Origin: Vitrella brassicaformis CCMP3155
Taxonomy: Eukaryota > Protista > Chromerida
Reading direction: 5' to 3'
Length of the DNA: 64,000 nucleotides
Assembly: GCA_001179505.1 (NCBI GenBank)
Contig: CDMY01000275.1
Coordinates: 494,295 to 558,294 of the forward strand
How positions within the stretch are numbered: position 1 is the stretch's first letter; the number at the start of each line of letters is the position of its first letter. A program made the position numbers and the translations under genes. Below the pieces are notes generated by a model. That model had not been told where the DNA came from and ran no database searches. It saw only the letters and a list, made by a program, of their open reading frames with translations. Of this stretch, positions 36,675 through 49,630 are shown one piece after another.

Positions 36675-38066
36675 GCCGTCTGGGCTGTAAGATTCACCGT
36701 CATCTATATCGAGGGGGCAGGAGCTCAGCCAGTGATGGAAACGGCGACATGTGCAGTCGGCGTGGCAGGGTGAGGTGCCATCACTTCGGTGTTTCCTGTC
36801 GTCCGATGGTTTCCTTTCTGTGTTTTGAGAAATGGATGTCGACAACACCCTCTCGCTGTCTTTTTTTTTTTCCCTGAGCGGTCCGCCTGTCTGTCTGTCT
36901 GTCTGTCTGCACGAAATGGTAAAGTGGGTGCATGGTTCTGCTGACGTCTGCATGACGTCGCGTTCTGACATGCTCCAGAAACACGAGTGTCATTTCCAGC
37001 GGGGGCCGGTGTCAGTTGCGTGTGCCCATCCCGACGCAGCAAAGCAGAAAGGTAGAGGGAAGGGGAGAAAATAACACGTGTCGAACAGCTCCTCGTCGTC
37101 AGCACGTCCACATCACCAGGTCGTCGTCCATCATGGCCACCATCTCCGCTCTTCACCGTCACAGATGCACCACCAGCTCGAACCCCGACACTGAAGCGGT
37201 ATTGGCCGAGTGCAGCTTTTCTGTAGCTGATTCCGATGCGGTTCTGCTTGGACAGGTCAAGACGTCATTGCCGTCACGTTGCGCGTCTTCCAGCAGATCT
37301 TGAGGTGGCTCTTCCGATCTCAAGCACGCTCCCACCCATCATTCACAAAGGCAGTCACAGAGGCAGTCACAGTCAGCGCATCAGTGAGTAAAGCCAATGG
37401 GCGCGGTGAGCGCTTCTTCTACGGAAGGGAATGTCTCCCTACCAGCCTCACTGCCTCGCGTGTTGTGCTGTGCATGGCAAAGCCTCACACACCGCACAGG
37501 TGCGAGGAGGCTTAGGACGTTTATCGTGGTGGATAAGTGCATGCAAGACTCAGGCGTGGTGGTCACAGCAATGAATGGACCATCACACTCGTGCTGGCAA
37601 CATCTCCGCAAAAATCAAGGAGGCTGCGAGAGTCTACAGATCTACGGATAGAGACACTCCAACCAATGCAGATGTTCGTGTCACGTTGGTTTGCACTTAA
37701 TACATGAAACATTTTTCCTTTCTCAACTCACGCAACTGGCGTGACCATTTTGTGAAGAGTTAGGTTTCATCTCAACGGCTACCCTATGCTGCTCAATTCA
37801 ATTCTGGAACACGGGAGATGCTGACATCTTCCTCCCTTCATCAACGCAGCGGTATATCATTAATGATGAGGCGAAATGCTCTTCAGTGTCATGTTTCTTC
37901 TCGTGTGTTGAGTGTCGGTGTGTCATTTCAAGTCATCCTGCGTCTCCGGCTGCTCTAGTGATTCGCACTCGAAGTTCTTCTCGCTCCAGAAATTGATGAC
38001 ACCATTCTTTGCGTTTCATTCCCCGAAAGACTTCAGCACTTTTCCAAATGGTATTGTGGCGTGGTG

Positions 38067-39285
38067 TGAAAGTACGTTAACTCATAGCGCAACGGCAGGC
38101 AGAGTCTGTCGGTCTCTCATGAAATGAACTGCGTCAACATCGACCACCCCTCAATCATGCGACAAACATGCCAGCACCATCCTCAGCGCCCGCCTGGCGT
38201 ATCTTCCAGCGGCGCCGCCCACCACGCTCACACATACTCGCACTACGCGCCAACGCAAGAGACAGACGAGCACGAACCCACCCCATCACCTGGCCATACG
38301 ACTTCTCTGCCCACGCAGCCTTGGTGCGCAGCTTCTCAACCAGGCGGCTGAAAAAGCCATCCACCGTGACGCACAAGGGGGTGAAGTGGATGAACTTGTC
38401 CTCGCACACACGGCTGTGGTGGGCCTTCTTGGCCTTGGCCCTGGTCTTGAGAATGGAGGCGGTCGATTGCTTGCGGTAGGACGGTGCGTCAGCGTTGTCA
38501 CGCAGAGGTCAAACGACACGTCCTTCTGGCGCTCCCACACCCCTCTCACCACCATGTCCGTCCGCACCTCTTTCTCCCCCTCCTCGGGCTCCACGATCAC
38601 CCCCTCCTTCCTGACCGCCGACTCGCCCCAAGCCTTGGCAGAAAGGTCGCACAGCACGTCCACCACCTCGTTGTGCCGCCGAATCACCAACCCACCCACC
38701 CCACAGTTGAGGGCGTGGTCGAGCGAGTATGTAGCCCCGCAGCCGTCGCAGTGGGTGGGCATCTTGGGACGCTCATAGGCGTACCGGATGGCCATGTTGT
38801 CGCGGAACTTGTCAGGCGTCATGTCGGTGTGGTCCTCTGCGTCAGGCCGGCAAGTCACCCACCCGGCCGTCTTAACCTCGATCGCCCGGTGGACCGCCCG
38901 TCGTCTCTCTGGGGGCAGCTGCTCGAGGCCGTCCTCGAACCGCTCCTTGGCTGCCTCATCGGTCGCCCGCCGCCCCTCCTTGACCGCTTGCTGCATCTCG
39001 GCGTGGTGCTGGAAGGGGTTGAATGGAGGGCCGTCGGGTGGGTCGCCGTTCTGGATGGTGGACACCAGTAGGGAGGTGCCCTTGGTGGATGTCTCGTATG
39101 CCACCGCCACTCGCTCCGTCGGGTCCCTCACCCCCATCCCCCCATGACGCGCAGGCAGCATCATCAGCTGGGCCTCAGTGGCGGTCACCGCATGGCTGGA
39201 GAGCTGGGTGAGGTAGTGGGTGAGGGCATCTCGCAGCGGCTCGTATGTCGCCCGCTCCTCAGGCATCACCCCCACTCGGCCTGCA
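38067..39285 (-). mobile_element. 5'-truncated non-LTR retrotransposon with restriction-like endonuclease (CRE-like), 16-bp TSD
   Basis: LPARHGGMGV (RT thumb end), AGWVT, CDGC...DHALNC zinc knuckle, RRHNEV, RTD...D-V-TDADAPSY endonuclease motifs; one frameshift near 38490. Identical gtattgtggcgtggtg at 38051-38066 and 39286-39301. Confidence 0.9.
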
Positions 39286-40139
39286 GTATTGTGGCGTGGT
39301 GACGCCCCCACCAAATTTTCCCGACGGGTCTGCGTTATCATGACGGACAGGCAGCACCCACACACGGAACCATTCGCGGTCTGTTGTCGTTTCTCTGTGT
39401 GTCTATCCTCCCTCACACGTGTGCCCAGATGTACGTTGTCCGAGGTATGCCGTCGGATCCAGTATTGGCTTTTTTGATGTATGTGAGAACCACAGCAGCA
39501 CACTCGACAGGCAGGTGAAGAGAACAACGCTCTGCTTCATTTTACCAAACCCCACCCCAACTGCCGCTTGACAGTACTGTAGTGTGCTGTGCGTGAGGGA
39601 GACCGTTGAGTGAGAGAGAGGATGGCGCGGACCAAGGGGTGGCCATCACGCTCTCGTTGAGACATGTGATCATTCAATGTGCTGTCTCTGCAGCTATGAT
39701 CGATGAGGTGGAGACCCTGCCTGTTGGCTGCCCCAGGGAACCAGGCGATGGCGGGGGTCCAATTGGAGCGTTCGAGAGCTTCACGACTTCATTCGACTGT
39801 GGTCGACAGACCCCAGATCCGCAAGAGTGTGACGTCCCACTGTCCCTGAATGCTCGGCGGAGGCTGCATGCCGGCCTACGTCCTACTCTCATTTTCTCGG
39901 CGACGGCTCTCATCTTTGCTCATAACCCCCCCTTTGCAATAAGTTTCAACCTGGGATACCATGGCTGGGGTACGCATAAAAGGAGTTCACGTCAGCTGTA
40001 TGAGCTTTGAGCATCTCGGGCGCTGAAGCTCGCACCCGAAATGGAGCTTGCGCCCGAGATGGAGCTCGCGCCCTCAGAGAATGTCTGACAGGAGCTGACA
40101 CACAGAGAGGCATCAGATTTGTCAGAGAGAAATACACTG

Positions 40140-40330
40140 ACTCAAGCGCAACGGCAGGCAGAGTCTGTCGGTCTCTCATAAAATGACCTGCGTCAAACGA
40201 CCAACCCTCAATCATCCGGCAAACATGCCAGCACCGTCCTCGCGCCCACCTGGCGTATCTTCCAGCGGCGCAGCCCACCACGCACACCCAAACAGGGGCA
40301 GACCCGCGTCTTGCACCAGTGGTACTGTTC
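40140..40330 (-). mobile_element. Short 3'-end fragment of the same CRE-like family
   Basis: About 85% similar by eye to 38088-38230 (cgcaacggcaggcagagtctgtcggtctctcat...cttccagcggcg). Confidence 0.8.
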
Positions 40331-40509
40331 CGGTTCTTGTTGCATGGGCAACACCGCACAGGACCAGCGGCTGGCTGCAAGGGCAAGGACATGGCGAGAC
40401 ATCGTCTCGCAGCACTGCAGAGACGCCCTGCTGAGACGGCGGGAGCTGATGGGCTGAGTCTGCTGAGACCGATTCTGCACTCATTCTGTGTCAAAGGCTG
40501 AGCAGGCTC

Positions 40510-41072
40510 TTGCTGAATTCTGGAAGCGCCGGAGCGCCAATGTTTCACGGAACATTATCCGTTCACTGGCTGGAGCTAATGCAGAGCTCACAGTGGACTG
40601 TGCAGTGTATCAGTCCAAAAACCTTTCCTGAGTTGCAATGGCCCATCGACCAGCCACGCGATGAGTTCGCGCCACACATATCAACACCCCCTCTCGCGAC
40701 TCGGCGCGTGTGCTCACTGCAAAGGCACACATGTCGCGGATGGCTCCTTGCGGGCGTCAGCTGGTCGTTGCTCCTGGTTGGCCCAACCCACCAATGACCA
40801 ACCATACTGGCAGTGAGAGCGCTCGTGCATCGTACGAGAGTGCGTGGGACTCTCCACATGCCAGACCATCACAGGAACGTTGTGGAACGTTGTGTGCACA
40901 GAGTAACTCATTCACTCCTGTGCAGCAGAGGGCGGGAGCCCGTCGCTGTTGCCCCCACGCGAGATGAGACGCCTCCTGCGTCTGCCGCCACGCGGCCTGC
41001 GTAAACATGGCCTCTCGCGTCTCGGTCCATCACCAAATTGGACCTTTCGGCCGACTTCGGCTCGCAGGGCAA
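40510..41072 (-). mobile_element. Candidate 3' LTR of the Copia element
   Basis: Polypurine tract gagagggggag (plus 41075-41085) directly after RNase H; possible TG start near 41072 and ...TTCAGCA end near 40511. No partner LTR in the window, so the ends are uncertain. Confidence 0.35.
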
Positions 41073-41084
41073 TGCTCCCCCTCT

Positions 41085-44000
41085 CAAGTTCAGACCCATT
41101 TGGCCGTAGGTCAATGAACTTCGAGCACAAATAGTTGTGTCTCGCTGCTGGCAGGGGTTTGGTCAAGATGTCGGCTGGGTTTTCCTTCCCGTCCACGCGA
41201 CAAATCTTGAACCCCTCCACTTCGACTGTCTGTCTCAGCGCCAGATAGTCAAGACGAATGTAGTTCTTCCCTTTCGTCTTCTTCTCTTGGGGATGGGCCG
41301 TCAGCGTCCTCGCTGCGTCATTGTCCGTGTACAACTCCACCGAACTGACCTTCCTCCCGAGTTCCCCCAGGAACTCCTTGAGTGCCAGCAGGTGTTGCGA
41401 TGCATTGTACAGCGCGACATACTCGGCCACCATTGTGCTCCCCGTTATGTAGGTCTGCTTTTTGCACGATCACGAAACCAGACAGTCATTGAGGAACGTC
41501 AGGTATCCACCTGTACTCGTTCCGTCCTCATTGTCGCCGAGACTTGAGTCGGCGTAGCACGTCAGCCTGATCTCATCTGTGCCAGACCGCTTGTACACAA
41601 GGCGAGCATCCATTGTGTCCTTCAGGTAGCGCATGAGGTGCATGAGTGCCTTCCAGTGCCATTGGCTCGGGTCATTGTTGTGCATGGCACACTCCTTGAC
41701 GGCGAATGCGCAGTCTGGCCTCAATGCGCACGCCTCGTACGTCACTGAACCGACGCCTTCTCTGTATGGCAGTCGATTCATGCGCTCTCGCTCTTCTTGT
41801 GTCTGAGGAGACTGGTCCTTGCTCAGTCGGTGCGTCTGCGGGCATGGTTGACTGACGGGCTTAGCTAGTAGCATTCGGTACTTCTCGAGCATCTTCTTGA
41901 TGTATGGTGCATGCGAGAGTGCCATTTCGCCCTTGTCAGCGTCATAGTCGACATCCAGTCCGACAAATGACTTGATCTTGCCCAGGAAACGTGCCTTGAA
42001 GCGAGTGAGGATCATCTGCATGAACCACTCTGGGTCATTGTCGCCTTTGGTGGGAGCCCAGAAGATGTCGTCAACAACGACAGCCACTCTGAGGTCTCTC
42101 TCCCGCAACACAAAGACACATGGATCACTCACGAGCTGCTCAAACATGAGCTGCTTCAAGTAGTCCGTCAGGCAGATATTCCATGCGCGCGGTGCTTCCT
42201 TCAGCCCGTACAGAGCCCTCAGGAGGAGGATCACCATTCCTACCCCCTCTGGCCCGTAGCCCGCTGGCACCGCCATGTAAACAGGCGTGTCCAAAGGCGC
42301 ACTCAGGAACGCATTGCTCACGTCGAGATTGAAGATGTCGCGCCCCTCCTGCACCTCCAGTGCAAAGAGTGTGCGAATCGTCGACAGTGAGAGTGTGGGA
42401 GCATACGTCTCCCCGACCTGGTTCGGATCCTGTGCGAATCCCTTGATCACCAGTCGCGCTTTGTAGCGTCCGTCTGCCTTGATCTTGAACACCCACTTAC
42501 ATGGAATGACCTTTCCTTGCGCTTGAGAGGCAGCAACCAACACAAAGACACCCTTGTCTTTCATGGCCTGCAGCTCCTCGTCGATGGCCGCGTGCCACTT
42601 AGCTTGCTCCTCTGGTGGGAGGCTCGCTATGTCCTCGAACGTCAGTGGCTCAGTCGGCTTGGCAGTGTCAGTGTCATTGCCTCCCTCGGCATTTACAAAC
42701 GCCGACGACGTAAACACGAAGTCACTCGCGTCGTTGGGCAGACCGACAAAGTCCTTCAGGTCAACCCAGAAGGAATCAGTGTCCTGCTCTGCATCCGACC
42801 ACTGCTCTGCTGCGGGTTCCGCCCGCTCATCGACGCAAGGATGGCAGTTCTCGTTGGCCTCTTCGTAGGCTTCTGGTGGCAGGATGCCCACCATGGGCTC
42901 CTCTGTCTGCCATGTGTGACTACAGTGAGAGCATTTGTGAGCCCTCCTTGGCTTCCACAAATCGACAGCGAGTCTCTGACGTTTCTTCACCAGATGGACG
43001 AACCGACCCTCCTGGCCAGGCTCTCGAACCACCTTTGAGCAACGGGGACAGGAGAGTGCATCATCACAGCGCCCGTCGTGAGCTCTCTTGGCCGAGAGAG
43101 CCCCGAACATCGCACCGTCCGACGCTCTTCCTCCAGCCTCATCACTCATCGGCTGCTCGCCTCTGGTTGGACTGCTTGGAGGTTGCTGAGGCAACGGGGG
43201 ATCTTGCAGTTCTGCCTGCTGCTCACCCTCTCCATTGATGGGCGGATCAGACGGGAGCATCTCACGAAGAGACGCCTCACTCATCGGATCTCCCTCAACA
43301 GCATCCTTTTGCATCGTGTCAGTAGAATCCACGGCAGCAGACTCGCCTCTCGGGCGGCGTTGTCGCTTCTGCAACTCTGGCGGCAAGCCCTGCCAACGCT
43401 TCGGTCTCAGTCCGTATTGCCCCGATACGTCCTTCCTTGACCGTATAGTCGTGTTGTCGACGAACTCCGGCATCCCCCCTCTGAGCCATGCGTCCTCGCT
43501 CGATGGCTCTTGCAGAGGCCCAGCAGGCTGACCAGTGTCGCTCTGATCCAACCTGGGTTCCTGGGTGTCAGGTGTCCCATCCTGTGCTTGGTGCGGCAGA
43601 GGCTCAGGAGACACGCCAACAGGCCGATACACGTCGCCCGTCACCTCCCCCTCTCGAGTGTGGAGGTGTGGATCTACTGATCGATGCAGCTTTCCTGTGC
43701 GGTAGAATGAGCAGTTATCAAAGACTGTCTCCTGTACCCTCGCAGTAAAAACTCGCCTCTTGTGAGGCACGTAAACCAAGCATCCATCTTTTGTGCTGGG
43801 AGCGTAGCCAAGGTACACACCTTTTTGTGCCTTGGGTGTGAGTGGACCACCCGGCCTCGGACCCCCGGAGAGTGGTTTGGGGATGTGCATGTAGCACATG
43901 CACCCGAACACATGCAGCCCGGTTTTACACAGCAGTGTAAAGTTGGGCTTCTCGCCATGATACAACTCGTGCGGGGTTTTCTCATGCTCATTCGCCGAAT

Positions 44001-44585
44001 GAGGCATGATGTTCCGAACAAAAACGGCGTGCCTGAAGGCATATGGCCAGAAAATCAACGGCAGAAAGGCATGAAGAAGCATCGCCATCGCGATGTTGCT
44101 GATTGATTGGATGGCTCTCTCAGCAACTCCATTTGACTGCTGATGGTGCGGGACGATCTTCTGAATGACGACACCTTGCTCGACAAGGAAAGCTTGCGCT
44201 TCTCCTTCGACGAGCTCCTTTGCATTGTCCGCTCGGAACGCTCTCGGCTTGCCCTTGGCAGACACATCAGCGAGGAGGAGCCGAAGGGCTCTCACAGCGT
44301 CTGATTTGTGCACGAGAGGGTAGAACCAATGATAGCACGTTGCGTCATCCACGAAGAGTACACCATAGCGGTAGTTGTGCAGAAAGGGTGCGCGAGGCAG
44401 ATCTGTCTTCATGTCCCCATGCACCAAATCCAACGGTTGAGTGGCTCGTGACTGAAGCGGCACCGGTTTGTGAGGTTTGCGGCGACTCTTGCTCAGCACG
44501 CAAGGCTCACACGGGCCATGGATCTCAATCTCACGCTCAGTGAGTGGGGTGATTGTCAGCCCCTCGACCCGTCCATCGGCCATGG
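41085..44585 (-). mobile_element. Ty1/Copia LTR retrotransposon pol (GAG-pre-integrase end, integrase, RT, RNase H); gag/protease and 5' LTR absent
   Basis: CEPCVLSK, LDLVHGD, VLFVDDAT, RADNAKE, HQQSNGVAER (integrase); KWVFKIK, YKARLVIKGFAQ, LDVSNAFL, LLRALYGLKEAPRAW, VVVDD (RT); YADS, STGGY, AEYVAL, YTDNDAA, ENPADILTKPL (RNase H). IN precedes RT, as in Copia. One in-frame TGA at 41470-41472 in LVS*SCKKQ, where W is expected. Confidence 0.95.
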
Positions 44586-46249
44586 ATGGCACGACCCTAG
44601 GGCAAAACTTAATCCTGGCAAACCCAAACTCTTTTTTCTAGCTTTTCCTCAGTCCATCTTTCCTCTTCCACTCGCAGCAGTGTTTGTGTTCCATCAGACA
44701 AACATCAGGTCAATTTCGGGATGCTAGAACTGTCACAGGAAAGAGAGAACATTCTCAATACTTTTTTCCTCCTCAATCAACTGCCCGATTGTGTCTCTGA
44801 AATAAAAAACTCTCGCACCGCAAACCTGAGTCATAAAATCAAACATTTTCACAATACCTAGACAACCCAAACTAGTCAGCTTTCAAAGGTTGGTTTCTCG
44901 AAAAGTTAGAAAACCTAACTAGTTAGCTTTTCTAGGTTTCGCACTTTCCGGGGGGGGGAGGGAGGAGGGCCTATTGGCCTACCGCCACTACAAGATAGTC
45001 TGAAAGTTAGATAAGCTGAGTACTTAGCTTTTTCAACTATCCATTCATCCGTCTCTCCCCCTTTCTCTCCACCCACCCACAAAAAAATCCTAGATAACTG
45101 ACTGGTTAACCCACTTTTTTTTTACTCCAAGTAGTCAATACACCGACACACACATCTCAACGAATCAAAGCTTTCGTAGGGTTTTAGGGTTTCTCGTAGG
45201 GTTTTTCGCGCCCGTGGGGGGAGCGCGCCGAAGGCGCGCGTCCCCCGCGGCCGAGAAACCCTAAACCCTACGCGAAGAAACCCTAAAACCCTACGAAATT
45301 TAGGGTTTAGGGTTTCCACGGGAGGGGGGCTTAGGTTAGGTTGGAGGTTAGACAAGCTGACTAGTTAGGTTTTCTGACTCTTCATCCATCTCTCTCTCCC
45401 CCCTTCTGTCCCGCTTTCCCTTCCCTTTCCCTCTCCCAACCCCCACCCCTCCCCCCCACCCCCCCCCTAGAAAAAAGCCTGAAAGTTAGATAAGCTGACT
45501 AGTTAGGTTTTCTAACTCTTCCCCTCTCAACACCCCACCTGTCCGCCCACCTACATAAAGTAGAAAACCTAGAAAACCTAACTAGTCAGCTTTCACATGT
45601 TGGTGTCACGACAAGTCAGAAAACCTGACTAGTCAGCTTATCTAACTTTCAGGATTTTTTGTAGGGGGTGGTGGGGGGGAGGGGTGGGGGTTGGGAGAGG
45701 GAAAGGGAAGGGAAAGGGGGACAGAAGGGGGGAGAGACAGATAGATGAAGGGTTAGAAAACCTGACTAGTCAGCTTTCACAACTTGATGTCTCTGCAAGT
45801 CAGAAAACCTGACTAGTCAGCTTATCTAACTTTCAGGCTTTTTTCTGGGGGTGGGGGTGGGGAGGGAATTGGGGTAGGGTTGGCAGAGGGGGTGGAAAGG
45901 GGGAAGGCACAGATGGATGACGAGTTAGAAAAGCTAACTAGTCAGCTTATCAACTTTCCGACTATTTTCTACGGAGGGTGGCATGCTAGGATGACTTTGC
46001 TTGGAGAAGCTGGGGTTCCCCGTCCTATGAGCCGACAAGTCGACAAATATGAGGCCTTCTGCAGGTTGTTGTGCGGAGAGACATTGACATGCTTGAATTG
46101 CTCGCGTGTGAACAAATGTTTTCTGTTTCGTTCTTATGATTTACAGGAAACCTACGGCTTTAGCGTGAAACACATATGACCTTCATGAGACCTGACAAGT
46201 TCTGCGCACTCTCAGGATTAAGTTTTGCCCTAGGTTCGTGCCATGAGCC
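44585..46249. mobile_element. Non-autonomous TIR DNA element (~1.66 kb) with subterminal palindromic motifs and internal telomere-like repeats
   Basis: atggcacgaccctagggcaaaacttaatcctg (44585-44616) is the reverse complement, with one mismatch, of 46214-46245. More than 12 copies of aaaacct(a/g)actagtcagct in both orientations; TTTAGGG/CCCTAAA repeats at 45181-45320; no long ORF. Confidence 0.75.
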
Positions 46250-46677
46250 CATGGATGGGATGGACGGAGAGGCAGCAAGATAGACAGACACAACACCTAT
46301 ATTATCTGACCCAGCGAAGGAAACAAACACGCGTATGTGCCTGTCTCTCTCACGTACTGCATGCCCGGCCCGCTGATCATGAGTAGCAAAAAAGACGCCC
46401 CACGTGCACATGCATTCATTGTACAGCCTAGCCTGCCTTACGACACAGTCCTGCCCTGCTGATGGATGAGAGGCAGAAGCCACAAACTGTGACCAGCCCA
46501 AAAGGCTAAAGGACCGATGTACGCCACATGCCACACGTCGGCCGGCCTACATCGTCGTCCATCCATCGCCGCTGAGCCTCCAAGAAATGCTGCACGAATG
46601 AGAGACACAGTAAGTACACCGGGCCAATTAGTGTGACAGTAATCACCTGCGAGCACCAATCGCCGTTGATCCATCGA

Positions 46678-46898
46678 TCACGGCAGCCTGAACTCGTCAA
46701 TCTCCGGGCATTCGAAGCAGTCGGTGATGAACTCCGTCAGCATCAACGCCACCGTGCCTAGTACACACAAGAGACACAGACAAATGGTGCGTGCGATGCC
46801 TGACGGCTGGCTGACCGACCCACCGATTGTGAGGCAGGTGTCGTATGGCGGAGACTGAAACTGCTGGATGAGCGCATCAAACTGCTCACGAGTCCCTG

Positions 46899-46930
<32 letters not shown>

Positions 46931-49593
46931 CAGAGAGAGAGAGAGAGAGAGAGATGTGTCACCGTTGTTCATGTCTCGTTGAATCCACGACTCACCCGCG
47001 AATCTCCCCCCATCAGTCACGGGCTCCCCCCAGCAGATCATCTTGTCGCCATTGACGTCAAAGTCCCGGAAGACCTCAAACGCATAGCGACACCGCTTCT
47101 CATCACACGTGCTCGACCGCTCCCCGGCCTCACCCCCGTTCCAGAACTTGCTCGACTTGCACGCATCCAGCCGCCGCATCATCTCGCGAAAGTCCTCTGG
47201 AAGACTCTCATCCACAAGCCGGTTGGGCGTGCACACGGGGTTCAGAGAGGCGTCGAGGTACTGGAGGGTGTCGTCAAGTTGAGTCATGCAAGGTGGCAGG
47301 TTTGTGATGTCGTTGAGCCGCACATCCAGCTGCCTCAGTGCCTTGAGGCCACATACACTGTCGGGGACGGTCCGGGAGGGCCACCGCTGGTATTGAAGGA
47401 CGAGTGACTCTAGCTTGGGGAAGCAGCTTCTTTCCGTCGGGTAGCCCCCTCCTCCCGTTGTGAACCGGGCGAAGACCAGGTGCGGGTGCCGGTCGACATA
47501 GCTAGGGTCAACCGTCACCCTGAGGTCATCGCGGCTCACCGCCAAGTCACTCGTGAACACCAAGCCCTGCACCCAACAAATCTTTGCATGTTGGAGATGT
47601 ACATGTGTGCGTGGGCGGCTGTGCGCGTTGCATGCCTGTAGTGTGGAGAATGTCCGCATGGCTTCATTCAAGAGCTCGATCTGCTCCTCCAACTCCTCCT
47701 TAGTTGACATGTCCTTGTGTACGATGTACCTGTCTCACACAGACGCACACAGACAGACAGACAGACAGACAGACACGTACAGACGTGGCTCGCAGCCAGA
47801 CATTTCACTCATGACCGGCAATTGCACGGAAAGAAGTCAAATAAGCCATTGGGGGTTGCCCTGCCGAACGGCGGTCTCGTCTTGAAGAGACATGTTTCCC
47901 ATGCTTTCACGGCGGGACACAGTGACCTGGATCGAAAGTACTGCACGATGTTGAAGGTGCCAAACAAGACGCCGGTCAGCGCCAGGATCCCCGCCAGCAG
48001 TATCCTCCAGGTGCTGTGCGCCCTCCCCAGGTCCTTCTCTTTGGGGTTGAGGAGGAATTTCCCGATGGACTTCGGGTCTTGCGGCGTCTCGTGCAGCTCG
48101 CGAGGCGTCGCTTCGGCCACCACGCTGCAGGCGCTGAGCGCCCGCCTTGGCGGCAGGGTGATGACCGTGTGGACGGTGTCTCTCTTCTTTTTCTTCTCCT
48201 CGGCGGCAGCGTCGTTGCTTTTCGTACGACCATCCAACCGCTTCTTCTTGTCGTCTCCTGCCTTATCATTGGGGGCCTTCTCCCCTGTTTCGTCAGTGAT
48301 GACAGACGACCGCCGTCTGACCATGGAGGGGTGCTTGCCGGCCTCTGCGTCGAATGGGTCGAAGGAGACGGGTAGCTTGCCTTCCTCGAGTTTGGGCTGG
48401 AAGATGGCCTCGGTGATGCTGTACCGCCCGCTGCCGATCGACGTGTGGCTCGTCTTGGTCCTCTCAAGGGTCTTCTTGAAGGCCAGCTTGAACCGCAGGT
48501 AGTTCTGCAGGAACGTCACGCCGTTGAGCACACGAACGCCGTTCCATGAGGCGAGAAGGGGGACGAAGGCCGACAGGAAGTCGAGGATGCCCTTGGAGCG
48601 GGTGCCCACCAGCACGCCCTGGGAGAAGGCGCCGCTGATGTCTCCCACCAGCAAAGTGGACGATGCCGCCAGGAGGTGAATGGGGTAGCTCGTCGAGCAA
48701 CTGCACAGCACACGCAGACGACAGAGAATGTACACTGTGTATATGATACACTTGGTCTTGGTGCCTCTCACATGAGTGCCGTGACGATAGCCCAGCCTCT
48801 GTTCCTGACTACCAGGACCGAGATGGACGTGGCGCATGAGTGGAGAGCGATGAGCAGTGCCAGGCTGAGGTGTGACTGGTAGTGGCTGGCAGGGATCTCC
48901 TGTATGAAGCTCAGCTTCGGGCGGTCGCAGTTGTCCCGCAGGGATAACAGGTTCACGCCGCCGTACTGCGTGCACGAGTAGATCTGGAGCCCGATCTCGA
49001 ACATCTCCTCAACCAGAAACCTCAGCCAAAAGTAGTCGCCCTGAGACGTAAAAAGTAAGTGAGAGAGGACTCTTGCTCGAGACGTGCATGAAAAGATAGA
49101 TAGCATCACAGTCAGCTCACTTTCTTTCTTACCGATGTGTAGCTGACTTTGGCCCAGCCCCGTTGCAAGAGTCGCAAGACTCGCTTGAACAAGTAGTACA
49201 CGCTGAAGAAACACCAGCACCGCCTCCTCACGGGTGCGTGCTTAAGCTCCTCCCAGCTCTCCTGCTTGTCCACTTTTCGGAGGTACTCGGGCATGTCCCG
49301 CATCGACTTGCCGACGTATATCTTCCTGATCTCCCACGCCCGCACGGTCTGTCTCCAGCCGAACGTGTGCAGGATGAGGAGGCAGAGAGCCAGCAGGCTC
49401 AGGAGGGCCCAGAAGGACCCGAAGATGATCGAGCTGATCGACACCTTCTCCGAGGTGAAGGGCCTGTTGGCAGCCACCGCCTCAATGTGCTCGACAGTCG
49501 TCATCGTGTCTGTACAGTCAGCGTGAACCACACAGAGACACAACCATGCAAGCGACAGATTCATGCAATAGATAGATACGCTGCATAACGTCC

Positions 49594-49630
<37 letters not shown>

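Noticed and set aside
45181-45350. True telomere or chromosome-fusion scar
   Set aside because: Tracts are short, degenerate and enclosed within a TIR-bounded element; treated as part of that element.
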